Shown here in pieces: positions 22,266 to 33,552 of a stretch of 40,049 nt of DNA (positions within the stretch are counted from its first letter, which is position 1; the number at the start of each line of letters is the position of its first letter). The DNA comes from Octopus bimaculoides. Lineage: Eukaryota. A program made the translations under genes and the position numbers. The notes beneath the pieces are model-generated. The model was not told the DNA's origin. It did no database searches and saw nothing but the letters and a program-made list of their open reading frames with translations. The stretch spans positions 23,656,714 to 23,696,762 of the forward strand of contig NC_069004.1 of assembly GCF_001194135.2 (NCBI RefSeq). The letters are read 5' to 3'.

Positions 22266-23499
22266 CCTCACCCCCTGCCACCACCACCACCCCCACCAAG
22301 CTCCTCCAAACCTTCATGGTTCATGTAACGTCTGCTCTTGTTCAAGTCACTGCTCTTCAGACTACAGAGATGACCACCATCCCCAACTGCTGCTGCTGCT
22401 GTTGTCTGCTGTTGTCTGCAGACTGGATCGAGCTCCACTGGAACCTGTGACCCAATCAAAGAGATCAAACGAAAGGAACCTTCCTCATTAAGCAACGTTA
22501 AATGACAAGCAATTTAGATAATTATTTGCGGGGTTTATATCTTTGATTTATATTCATTTAGTTTACTAAATGAACAGTCGGAGAATGGGGGTGGTGGTGG
22601 TGGTGGTGGCAATGATAATGAAGATGTTAGTGAAGGCAATGGTTATGATGGTGTTGATAATAATGATGGTGGTGGTGGTGATGGAGAAGGTGGCAGTGAA
22701 GGAGGTGATGTTGGTAATATTGATGGTGGTGGTAGCGGTTTTAGTGGTGGTGGTGAACGTCATGGTAGGGGTGAGGGTAGTGTGTTGACAGGAGTGGTGG
22801 TGGTGGTAATGATACAGCCTCTCCTCTGCGACTGGAATTTAGAGAGAGAGAGAGAGAGAGAGAGGTGATGTGTGTAGNNNNNNNNNNNNNNNNNNNNNNN
22901 NNNNNNNNNNNNNNNNNNNNNNNNNNNNNNNNNNNNNNNNNNNNNNNNNNNNNNNNNNNNNNNNNNNNNNNNNNNNNNNNNNNNNNNNNNNNNNNNNNNN
23001 NNNNNNNNNNNNNNNNNNNNNNNNNNNNNNNNNNNNNNNNNNNNNNNNNNNNNNNNNNNNNNNNNNNNNNNNNNNNNNNNNNNNNNNNNNNNNNNNNNNN
23101 NNNNNNNNNNNNNNNNNNNNNNNNNNNNNNNNNNNNNNNNNNNNNNNNNNNNNNNNNNNNNNNNNNNNNNNNNNNNNNNNNNNNNNNNNNNNNNNNNNNN
23201 NNNNNNNNNNNNNNNNNNNNNNNNNNNNNNNNNNNNNNNNNNNNNNNNNNNNNNNNNNNNNNNNNNNNNNNNNNNNNNNNNNNNNNNNNNNNNNNNNNNN
23301 NNNNNNNNNNNNNNNNNNNNNNNNNNNNNNNNNNNNNNNNNNNNNNNNNNNNNNNNNNNNNNNNNNNNNNNNNNNNNNNNNNNNNNNNNNNNNNNNNNNN
23401 NNNNNNNNNNNNNNNNNNNNNNNNNNNNNNNNNNNNNNNNNNNNNNNNNNNNNNNNNNNNNNNNNNNNNNNNNNNNNNNNNNNNNNNNNNNNNNNNNNN

Positions 23500-23686
23500 G
23501 TGCCTGTAATTCAAGGGGTCAGCCTTGTCACACTGTGTCACGCTGAATATCCCCGAGAACTACGTTAAGGGTACATGTGTCTGTGGAGTGCTCAGCCACT
23601 TGCACGTTAATTCCACGAGCAGGCTGTTCCGTTGATCGGATCAACTGGAACCCTCGACATCGTAAGCGACGGAGTGCCAACAACAA

Positions 23687-23688
<2 letters not shown>
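23500..23688 (+). mobile_element. SINE 3' part with (CAA)n tail, same family as 30535-30922
   Basis: CCTGTAATTCAAGGGGTCAGCCTTGTCAC...GTAAGCGACGGAGTGCCAACAACAAC. Confidence 0.85.
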
Positions 23689-23741
<53 letters not shown>

Positions 23742-23752
23742 GTTATTATTAA

Positions 23753-23980
23753 TGAAGGTGGTAAGCTGACAGAACCATTGGCACCCTGGGCAAAACACTT
23801 GGTGGTATCTCATTCATTTTTCTGTTCTGAGTTCAAATTCCACAAAGATTGACTTTGCCTTTCATCCCTTTCAGAGTCAACAAAATAAGTACCGACTGGA
23901 CACTGGGGTTGATGTAATTGACTCATCCCCTTTCTCCAAAGTTGCTGGCCTTGTGCCAAAATTTGAAATCATTATTATTA
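23753..23980 (+). mobile_element. (ATT)n-family SINE, subtype A
   Basis: AAGGTGGTAAGCTGACAGAA, GAGTTCAAATTCC, end GGCCTTGTGCCAAAATTTGAAATC plus (ATT)3. Confidence 0.85.
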
Positions 23981-24401
23981 CAGAAATAAAGTTCAGGTTT
24001 AGTCCTATTACTGTAACCTTACATATCCGCAAGTTTTCAACTGTCTTTCAAGTGCTTAGAACCCTCCTGATAATCCTTGCCATCCCTGAGAGACAAACCT
24101 TCTGTAGGAGTTCTACCGGGCTTTCTATTTCAATCTCCTTCAACCATTTGTCTATAGCTTGCCTTACTGTTCCCAACACACGGCATGACCTTTACAATTA
24201 CCATGCTCCAAATTCTTCCCATTTCAAACACTAAGGGATTGTATTTTCTTTATTTTTCTTCCTCTTTCTTTACGATCCTGGAATCAAACAGGCATGATGG
24301 CTCGATAAGTAACTTTGTATTACTATATCTATGATTGTTATATTTAGTCTACCATTTTCTAACTTATTGTCCATTTGAATATGAAAGTCCCATAAAATCC
24401 T
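23980..24401 (-). mobile_element. R4/Dong-type RLE LINE 3' fragment
   Basis: Minus-strand RILWDFHIQMDNKLENGRLNITIID / LLIEPSCLFDSRIVKKEEEK*RKYNPLVFEMGRIWSM / QAIDKWLKEIEIESPVELLQKVCLSGMARIIRRVLST*; the 3' end runs into (AAT)n. Confidence 0.8.
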
Positions 24402-24799
24402 CTCACAGTCGATAAAATAAGTACCAGTGAAACACTGGGGTCGATGTAATCGACTAGTCCCCTCCTCCCAGATTTCAGGCCTTGTGCCTATTGTAGAAAG
24501 GGTTATCATTATTATTATTATTATTATTATAATCATTATTTATTATTATTATTATAATCATTATTTATTATTATTATTATTATATAAGGCTGCAAGCTGG
24601 CAGAGTAATTAGCACGCCAGGCAAAATGTTTAGCAGCATTCCATCCATCTTTACACTCTTAGTTCAAATTTCAACAGGGTCAACTTTCCATTTCATCTCT
24701 TTGGGGTCAATAAATTATGTACCATTGAAACACTGGGTCAATGTAATCAACTAGTCCCCTCCCTCAACATTTCAGGCCTTTTGCCTTTAGTAGAAAAGG

Positions 24800-24867
<68 letters not shown>

Positions 24868-24868
24868 G

Positions 24869-24920
<52 letters not shown>

Positions 24921-25110
24921 GGAAGTGAGCTGGCAGAACCGTTAGCATGCCAGATGAAATGCTTCGTGGTATTTTGTCTGATGCCATGTTCTGAGTTCAA
25001 ATTCGGCTGAGATCAACTTTGCCTTTAATCCTTCCAGTTGCGTACTGAAATCTAATCGACTGCCCCGTTCCCTAAATTTTCAAGCCTAGTGCCTATAGTA
25101 GAAAGGATTG
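24402..25110 (+). mobile_element. Array of (ATT)n-family subtype-B SINEs (stub 24402-24500; copies at about 24586-24800 and 24920-25110) separated by (ATT)n/(GTT)n
   Basis: Each ends CAGGCCTTGTGCCTA..GTAGAAAGG-like; heads AAGGCTGCAAGCTGGCAG and AAGGAAGTGAGCTGGCAG follow (ATT)n runs. Confidence 0.85.
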
Positions 25111-25289
25111 TTGTTATACTGTCCATAATGTTTTCCTTAATGTAAACCCTTGTGGTTAATAAAGAAATCATTATTGTTATTATTATTATTATTATTCATG
25201 GCTTGAAAATTACATCGAAAGTTTCCTATTCTTCTTTTAACAAAAATTAGGTACATAGGATGAATTATGCACAGAGGTGTTGAATGCTG

Positions 25290-25480
25290 ATGAAGATGTT
25301 TATGGTTAATGAACATATTCAAGGTTAACAATGATGCTCAGGGTTAAAAAGAGAATGTATCCAGGGTGAACATAGACATTCAAGGTTAATAAGAATGTAT
25401 CCAAGATTAATGAAGATATTCAAGGTTAATGAGGAAAAATTCAGGGTTAATGAGAATGTTGTATGAGAATACATTAACAC
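25290..25480. repeat. Degenerate minisatellite, unit about 19-20 bp (ATATTCAAGGTTAATGAG-like)
   Basis: TTCAAGGTTAA/TCAGGGTTAA recurs about six times. Confidence 0.7.
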
Positions 25481-25678
25481 AATCCTCCTGGTCCCTAATA
25501 ATGCTGGTTTCTTGAAAGTGCCAGTATCTATCCTTAGATACAATTTGTCAGTGTATTTAAATTGCCATAATGTTTTTAGTTTAACATTTAGACCAGTGAA
25601 ATTTCTTCGATGACGATGATGATGATGAGGGTGATGGCAATGATGATGATTATTATCATTATTAATCATGATGATTAA

Positions 25679-25727
<49 letters not shown>

Positions 25728-25729
25728 TA

Positions 25730-25968
25730 AGGTAGTGAGCTGGCACAATCATTTGCACATCAGGCAAAATACCCAGCAGCATTTTACCTGTCTTTACATT
25801 TTCAGTTTAAATTCCACCGAGGTCAACTTTACCTTTCATCCATTTATTTTTGGTGGGGGGCGGGGGCTATAAAATAAGTACCATTTGGATACTGGGGTCA
25901 ATGTAATCGATTATCCCCCTCCCACAAATTTCAGGCCTTGTGCCTATGGTAGAAATGGATTATCATTC
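25730..25968 (+). mobile_element. (ATT)n-family SINE, subtype B
   Basis: Follows (ATT)n at 25680-25728; AAGGTAGTGAGCTGGCAC head; end CAGGCCTTGTGCCTATGGTAGAAATGGATTATCATT. Confidence 0.85.
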
Positions 25969-25974
25969 CTTCGT

Positions 25975-26760
25975 AACACAGTGTAGGTAAAAATGCACCG
26001 GAGTCTTTAGTCACAACAGGAACCGCAGACAGATAATACTTTCCTTAAGATGTGCGCTGTGCCCAATAAGGCTGCTTTTTGCAAGTCTTGCATGGGATTT
26101 CCATTGGCATCACTTTTACATTACCCTCTCGCATTCCATAAAGTCTTGCACTTTCAATTCAGGTTACTTGGTGATTTTTTCAACCTCTTTACTCACAACA
26201 TTCATGTCGTTTGGCATGGCTACATCAATGATCTGACAGTATTTGTCTCTCTTATTCAATATCCGGCTGACAGTGTTTGATTACACGATCTGTCTGAAAA
26301 TCATAGTCCCAGAGTAATGTTACTTTTCCATTCTCCTGCATAACTTTACTTAGTACTTTGCTCATACCAGTTCTCTGTTACTTCATATTGGTATTTACGG
26401 CGTAAGAGCCAATGAAGACACACACACACACACACACACACTTTATCATGGAAGCGTTTGTATTCTTTTTGTGCAAGGCTCTCACATCCACTTACCAAGT
26501 GGGTCACATTTTCCACACTCTTTCCACAGAATCTGCATTTCTGGGTGTCAGAAGTTTTATAGATGTTATACTTCACGGAATTGGTAGCAAGAGCCTGGTC
26601 TTGTGCAGCAATGATCAGGCTTTCGGTGGTATGCTTCAAATCACCTTGCTCAAGCCATGCCCAGGATGTTGTATTATCCTTAACGTTCTGTGTATTCCTT
26701 TCAAACTGTCCATGCATTCTCATTTCAAGAAGGTCTTCTTTTCTCTTCTCCTCAGCTCTT
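25975..26760 (-). mobile_element. R4/Dong-type RLE LINE 3' fragment (CCHC knuckle plus PD-(D/E)xK endonuclease), decayed
   Basis: MHGQF...WAWLEQGDLKHTTESLIIAAQDQALATN...CRFCGKSVENVTHLVSGC (26484-26537)...HDKV; then LLWDYDFQTDRVIKHCQPDI / IIDVAMPNDMNVVSKEVEKITK* / QDLQKAALLGTAHILRKVLS. Contains frameshifts and stops. Confidence 0.9.
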
Positions 26761-27346
26761 TGACCAGAAGCTTGCACTCCACTGGCAAAGCTTAAGGTTC
26801 ATTGAGGCATGCAAGGTACCACATCAAAACAAGGACTGGAACTTGTGATGGTTAGGGGTATGTAGGACTATGTTATCCAATGTACCCTTCCCTTTAAGAT
26901 GCTACACTAATGATGCATCATCGTTGTCTTCATCCACATCATTGTCATCGTCATCATCACTACCACCACCACCACTATCATCATCATCACCATCATCATT
27001 GCTGTTGTAACTGCCATCAACACCAACACCACACTGCAGCGTCGTTGCTACTACTTCAACCTATCAAAACTACCATGCTCACTAAGAACAACCATCACCA
27101 TCACTCCAAAACCTGCTACTACTACCAGAACCATTAACACTACTACCACCACCACCACCACCACCACACCATGCATGCTATGTATACAATTAGATCAGCT
27201 TCAGCAGTAATCTGAATTGATAATTTTAAATTATCATTTTATTAAATGAATATTTATCACCTTGTTTCCTATTTATGTATGTGTGTATGTTATGCATGAG
27301 TAGTCACTTAATACAAAAACACACATACATATACAAATATATACAT

Positions 27347-27397
<51 letters not shown>

Positions 27398-27534
27398 CAC
27401 ACACACACACAAATTCAAACAATGAGAATGAGTGCTCAATACTCCATTGGTGGATAAAATTTCTTTATTCGTGTATTAAGGCTACCATTGGTTTCATACT
27501 AAGAAAAACATCTTAATATCATAACAATTTTTCA

Positions 27535-27812
27535 AGCCAACCAAAGCCTTGTGAGTGGATTGGGTAGACAGAAACTGAAAGAAGCCTGTCGTACATATAT
27601 ATATATATGTATATATGTATATATATTTGTGTGTTTGTGTCTGTTTGTCCCTCCACGTGGTGTGTTTATGTCCCATAGCTTAGCGTTTCAGCAAAAGAGA
27701 CAGATACAATAGGTACCAGGCTTATGAAGAATAAGTCTAGGGGTTGATTTCTTCAACTGAAAGGTGGTGCTCCAGCATAACCACAGACAAAATGACTGAA
27801 ACATATAAAAGA
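27535..27812 (+). mobile_element. Composite SINE lacking most of its head
   Basis: CCAAAGCCTTGTGAGTGGATT...GAAACTGAAAGAAGCC-(TA)n-TGTGTCTGTTTGTCCC...GCTCCAGCAT...ATGACTGAAAC. Confidence 0.8.
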
Positions 27813-28258
27813 ATATACACACACACACATTATCAGTTAGGTCTCAATATATAAATATATAAATGCACAAAACCACTCGGAAGCTTTGGTCATTGACCGA
27901 CGAGGAAAATCAGCAGCGAATTTTTTGTGTATCATGTTTTTATCTAATCTGCCGTTTGCTCTGCTTTCATCTAACTTTTCACTTTGTTGTGTTTTTTCTG
28001 TTCAACTTTTGAAATAAGTATATATATATATAATATAATCAATAAGTTTGAAAATGGAGAGATTCAATGGATATAAATTCCTGTATCAATTATTTAACAT
28101 TGCCTACGACTGTTCCACTTCACACCCAATTTAAATTACAAAACATATATAATAATATATGTTTGCAATTTAAGCATTCTGGGTGAAAGATCTTCAGGGC
28201 AAAATGGACATTACAGACATTATACATACATATATATATATTAAAAAAAATACAATTA

Positions 28259-28322
28259 TCTGTAAATATGTTTCGAAATTAATACTTTCCTACCGAAAAT
28301 ATCTGTTTCTCATCAGTACAGA
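28259..28322 (-). ncRNA. Solo minimal type-I hammerhead motif
   Basis: Minus strand: stem I TCTGTA/TACAGA; CTGATGA; stem II GAAA/TTTC plus ATATTTTC/GAAAGTAT with a 3x3 internal loop; GAAAC-AT-ATT. The 16.2 position is A (C.A mismatch), one change away from palindromic ACATGT with a GUU triplet. Confidence 0.7.
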
Positions 28323-28495
28323 CCATTAATCCTTTGAGATCTCAGATGTTTTTTCTGAATCCCCCTGATTCTTTTAATGTGCTTGTTCCCTGGTATTAAA
28401 TTGATATTAATTAATATCCAATGGTTTTTACAGCTGGACACCCTTCCTAATGTTAACCACATTACAGAGAAGACTGGGTGCTTTTTAATATATTC

Positions 28496-28540
<45 letters not shown>

Positions 28541-28859
28541 TACACACTAACATGTGCATGTACTTATATATATATATAACAAACACGTGCACATTAAGAT
28601 ATTCTTGCAATATATTTATGTATACATATACTACATAAATATGCATGAATTCACACATTCATTAAAAAAATTGTATAATCACATATATGCACACACAAAT
28701 ACACACAGATAAATAAACATGTAAACACATCTATGGAGACACATAAAGCGAGACGGATTATTTATGTGTATTTTTTTGTTTCGTTTTTAAATTTCTTCCG
28801 GCATCTTTGATGTTCAAGTTGGAATTGTTCTTCAACATGAATTGTTAGGCTTGAAAAGC

Positions 28860-28916
28860 TAAATACATGCATAGATGTGAGTGTGTGTAGGATTATGTGT
28901 GTATGCATGTAAATGC

Positions 28917-28970
<54 letters not shown>

Positions 28971-29085
28971 GTATGTATGTAAATGCATATGTGCATATGT
29001 ATATATATATTTATACACATACATACACACACACATATATATACATATACACATAGACACACACAAATATATACATATATATATG

Positions 29086-29125
<40 letters not shown>

Positions 29126-29210
29126 CAAATATACACACATATATATATATGCATATATACATTCATACACATACATATATATACAGATATATATACATTT
29201 ATATACAAAT
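28860..29210. repeat. Compound (TA)n/(GT)n/(CA)n microsatellite
   Basis: Direct reading. Confidence 0.95.
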
Positions 29211-29214
29211 AATT

Positions 29215-29520
29215 GGCACTCTGTCAGTTACAAGGATGTGATCCGACCAATAGAATAGCTTCCTCATAAAATTAACGTGCATGTGGCTGAGCACTCCACA
29301 GACACATGTACTCTTAACATAGTTCTCAGGGAGATTCAACGTGACAGAGAGTATGACAAGGCTGGCCCTTTGAATTACAGATCCAACTCATTTTTTCCAG
29401 CTGAATGGACTGGAGTAACATGAAATAAAGTGTCTTGTTCAAGGACACAACGCGTCACCAGGAATTGAACTCACAACCTTATGATCGCGAGCTGAATATC
29501 CTAACCACTAAACCACACAC
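29215..29520 (-). mobile_element. tRNA-derived SINE, near full length
   Basis: Minus strand: GTGTGGTTTAGTGGTTAGG, GAGTTCAATTCC, TGTGTCCTTGAACAAGACAC and the shared 3' module. Confidence 0.8.
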
Positions 29521-30534
29521 CTTATTTATATATATCTATATATATAAGTACATACTTATATATACACACATATAAGTACATATATGTATACATATGTGTG
29601 TGTGTGTGTGTGCGCATGTGTGTGTGCGTGTGTATGTATATATATATATATATATCATTTTCTTCATCATTTTAACGCCTGTTTTTCCCTACTTTGATGG
29701 TTCACTAAATTTGAGCTCTTTTGGCTATGTAACAAATTATTAATTACAATGCACCAGCAACAAATAGCAACACCAGTACATAGTGCAGCACAGCTTATGG
29801 TGCAGCAGCAATACACAATGCAACACAGTTCATAGCGCATCAACAAGAAATGCACTTTTCTGCAATGAATCAGTGCAGAGAACTGCATTAATGCATCTTT
29901 ATGTTACAGAATCCAGTAGTAGGGTCTTGTTTGGGAGTTTCAGGGTTTTGAAGAATGTGGAACCACTTTTTAGCCAGTATTGTTCCCAAGTCTAATCTGA
30001 CCCTCTTCATTAGCACCTGTAAAAGTCCCAGCTATGGGCGAATCAACATCTCATGGAATTGCATCCAGAAAATGATCACTCACAGACATCCCAAAGGACC
30101 CAGAACAAATTGCTGATTTAGACAGTAATTTTGAGACACCAGGGAGATCTTCCATAGCAGACCAACCTATTGATTCTCAGCATCTACACAACTGGTTGCA
30201 AGAATGTTGTTGCTCTTAACCACCACTAGTATTTCACAGAACGCTACCGTAAAAGTTAAAGAGGTTGCATTGCCTACTGGTAGAGAGAGCCCAGGTTGTC
30301 CGACATCCAGGTGCACAGGTATAATCATCGTTAGGGCAAGGACTTCAATTCTGTCAAAAGTGACAGGCCATAGTTAAATGTACCTGAAATATATATCAGG
30401 CATGGCTGTATGGTTCAAAGTTTACTTCCCAACCAGATGTTTCTGTTTCCAGAAGATGGTCACTCACAGACACCCCAGTAAACCCAGGGTAGATGAGGTC
30501 CTTTAGTTCTTTAGCTGCATATCTAAGAGAAGGT

Positions 30535-30922
30535 TGTTGTTGTTGGCACTCCGTCGCTTATGACATCGAGGGTTCTAGTTGATCCGATCAACGGAACAGC
30601 CTGCTCGTGAAAATAACGTGCATGTGGCTGAGCACTCCACAGACATATGTACCCTTAACGTAGTTCTCAGGGATATTCAGCATGACACAGAGTGACAAGG
30701 CTGACCCTTTGAATTACAGGTACAACAGAAACAGGAAGAAAGAGTGAGAGAAAGTTGTGGTGGAAGAGTACAGCAGGGTTCGCCATCATCCCCTGCCGGA
30801 GCCACGTGGAGCTTTAGGTGTTTTCGCTCAATAAACACTCACAATGCCCGGTCTGGGAATCGAAACCCCGATCCTATGACCGCGAGTCCGCTGCCCTAAC
30901 CACTGGACCATTGCGCCTCCAC
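30535..30922 (-). mobile_element. Full-length young tRNA-derived SINE with (CAA)n tail and 12-bp TSD
   Basis: A box TGGTCCAGTGG, B box GGTTTCGATTCCC, (CAA)n tail; exact direct repeat CTAAGAGAAGGT at 30523-30534 and 30923-30934. Confidence 0.92.
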
Positions 30923-31639
30923 CTAAGAGAAGGTAACTCCATATAAAACCCATATCTTAATATCTACTGGGCTTAGGACACTTGTTACAGCAGATCAACA
31001 CAAGTTTGAAGGACAAGAGAGTAGGACTGGCTCTACACAAACCAGCGTCACTAAAATAATATCCATCAGGCAGATTGTGCAGCAAACCAAGACATCAGCA
31101 CCGACACGATGATTGCACTTTCTTCATAAGTCCAGTGGCAGTAGGGACAGAGGTGAGAGACACCATGTAGAGGATGCTACTGAGAGTCTTCAGATTTGAC
31201 CCTGTAGAAGATGGCTGTAGGTTCTGTCTTGCTGAATCCCCGTTCTTAGAATCAAAGAGAGTTCACCACAACCACACATACTGTGTGTCAGTGTGTCTCT
31301 CTAACTATGTGCCTTGTTCATTGAGCAAGCTTCTCCTTCTTCTTGCTCCATCTGATCCCATCCTCAGCTTTTCAAGCAGCCGTCTTCCCATTTCTCATCA
31401 CTGGTAACAGATTCCCAAGACTCCTCCATCTCCAAACATCTCTCATGGCAAACAAACTCTATGTCAGAAGCAGCTGCGGAGGTCTTTTACATCGCACCAA
31501 CCTGTCCACCCCCCACCCACTCTCCTGACTGTCATTGCTCCTCCTCTGCAACTGACATCTTGTATCTCCCACTTCACCCCCCTCTCTCTCTCTCAGATAC
31601 TCTTATTAGTATTACACCTCCTCTTCATGTTCATGCACC

Positions 31640-32153
31640 TATTGAAGAGACAACTACCACCACCACCACCACAACCACCAAAACTACCATCACTACTACT
31701 ACCACCACCACCACTACCACCACCACTAATACCACCACCACTAATACCACCACCCCCACAACCACTACCAACACCACCACCAAAACTACCATCACTACAA
31801 CTACCACCAACACTACCACCACCACTACCACCACAGCTTTTATTATAAGCAACAATACCACCAACACAACCAATACTACCGCCATCACCATTTCTACAAG
31901 CACCACCACCACCAATACCACTGACATCACTATCATTACCACTAATATCACCACTACAACCAACAACATGACTACTACTGCCATTACTACCTTTACCACC
32001 AACACCACTACTGCCAAAACTACCACCAGCACCACCACTAGCACTACTACCTCCAACACCAACTTAACTACCCCAACTAGCACCAACACCACTATTAACA
32101 CTACCAGCCACAACAACAATACAACTACCACCATTACAAACACTACCACCACC

Positions 32154-32190
<37 letters not shown>

Positions 32191-32220
32191 CTACTACTAC
32201 CAAGACTATCATCAACAACT
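31640..32220. repeat. Degenerate (ACC/ACT/AAC)n trinucleotide tract
   Basis: Direct reading; gives Thr-rich, Pro-rich and Val-rich ORFs in different frames. Confidence 0.9.
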
Positions 32221-32959
32221 GACCCCTTCAGAAATCATTATTACAATTAAGATTATTAGTTGTTTTCACTACAGGGTGAAGTCACAAACAGATGAGGATA
32301 GGAATGGGTGGGTGGGTGTATGAGAGAGAGAATGTGTGGTGTGTGTGTATGACTGTGTGTGTGTCTGTGCATGTATACACACACACATATGCGTGTGTAT
32401 AATATATATATANNNNNNNNNNNNNNNNNNNNNNNNNNNNNNNNNNNNNNNNNNNNNNNNNNNNNNNNNNNNNNNNNNNNNNNNNNNNNNNNNNNNNNNN
32501 NNNNNNNNNNNNATATATATGTACACACATACACTTTTGTGTTCTTCTAGTTTGTTGTTTGTTTCTGTTATTGGACCACCACCATATTCGGGTACTTTCT
32601 ACCCTCAAGGGCCTTCTTTTCATCGATCAGGTCAGCAGTGGCATTCATTCTAGTTGTGTGCTTGTTTTATTGATCCCTGCATGTTTAACTTCTAAGTTAA
32701 TGAGGATAACAGTGACACAAACATGGATAGACATATGCATGCAGAGGTACACATACACTTCCAGACATGCACACGTGCGTGCGTGCACATGTGTGTGTGT
32801 GTGTGTGTTATCAGTTTATGTCTCCTTTCTGTGCTGGCACACATAGGATGGTCACCATGCCACAAATGGTTCCACTCATTTGCAATGTTCTGTGGAATCA
32901 TGTCTAACCATTGTGTTGTTCTTGTTTAAAAGTGTAAGGGAAAAATCTTGCATTGCTTG

Positions 32960-33092
32960 GAACCAGGTGGTGGTTGGTGACAGGGAAGGCATCTGGCTGT
33001 AGAAAAATCTGCCCCAATGAATTTCTTCCCTCCAATGCAAGCATGGAGAACTGGATGTTAAAACATTGATGGTGATGATGATGATGATGATA
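32960..33092 (+). mobile_element. (GAT)n-tailed family 3' end
   Basis: GGTTGGTGACAGGGAAGGCATCTGGCTGTAGAAAA...GCAAGCATGGAGAACTGGATGTTAAAAC plus (GAT)n. Confidence 0.75.
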
Positions 33093-33182
33093 TATTCATG
33101 TCTTCTGTGATGTGTCATTAGACCATTGTAGTCTATAAAGTTAAAAGGAAATTTGAATGTGGTACCATACCATACCATAGGC

Positions 33183-33552
33183 ACAAGCATGGTTGTGTGG
33201 TAAGAAGCGTGCTTCCCAACCACATTGTTCTGGGTTCAGTTCCACTGTGTGACACTTTGGGCAAGTGCCTTCTGGTATAGCCTCGGGCTGACTAAAACCT
33301 TGTGAGTGGACTTAGGAGATGGAAACTGAAAGAAGCCTGTCATATATATACATATGTATATATTTGTGTCTGTGTTTGTCCCCCACCCCCTATTGCTTGA
33401 CAACCGATGTTCGGCAAAAGAGACTGATAGAATAAGTACTAGGCTAACAAAGAAGAAGTTCTGGGGTCGATTTCTTTGACTAAAACCATTTAAAGCAGTG
33501 CACCAGCATGGCCGTGGCCAAATGACTGAAACATGTAAAAGAAATCAAAGAA
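33183..33552 (+). mobile_element. Composite SINE, most complete copy (tRNA-like head, internal (TA)n, 3' module)
   Basis: GCATGGTTGTGTGGTAAGAAG...GGGTTCAGTTCC...TTGGGCAAGTG...GAAACTGAAAGAAGCC-(TA)n-TGTGTTTGTCCCC...CAGCATGGCC...ATGACTGAAAC. Confidence 0.85.

Noticed and set aside
30840-30922. tRNA-like sequences at SINE heads throughout
   Set aside because: Lack a complete cloverleaf and continue into SINE bodies; not tRNA genes.
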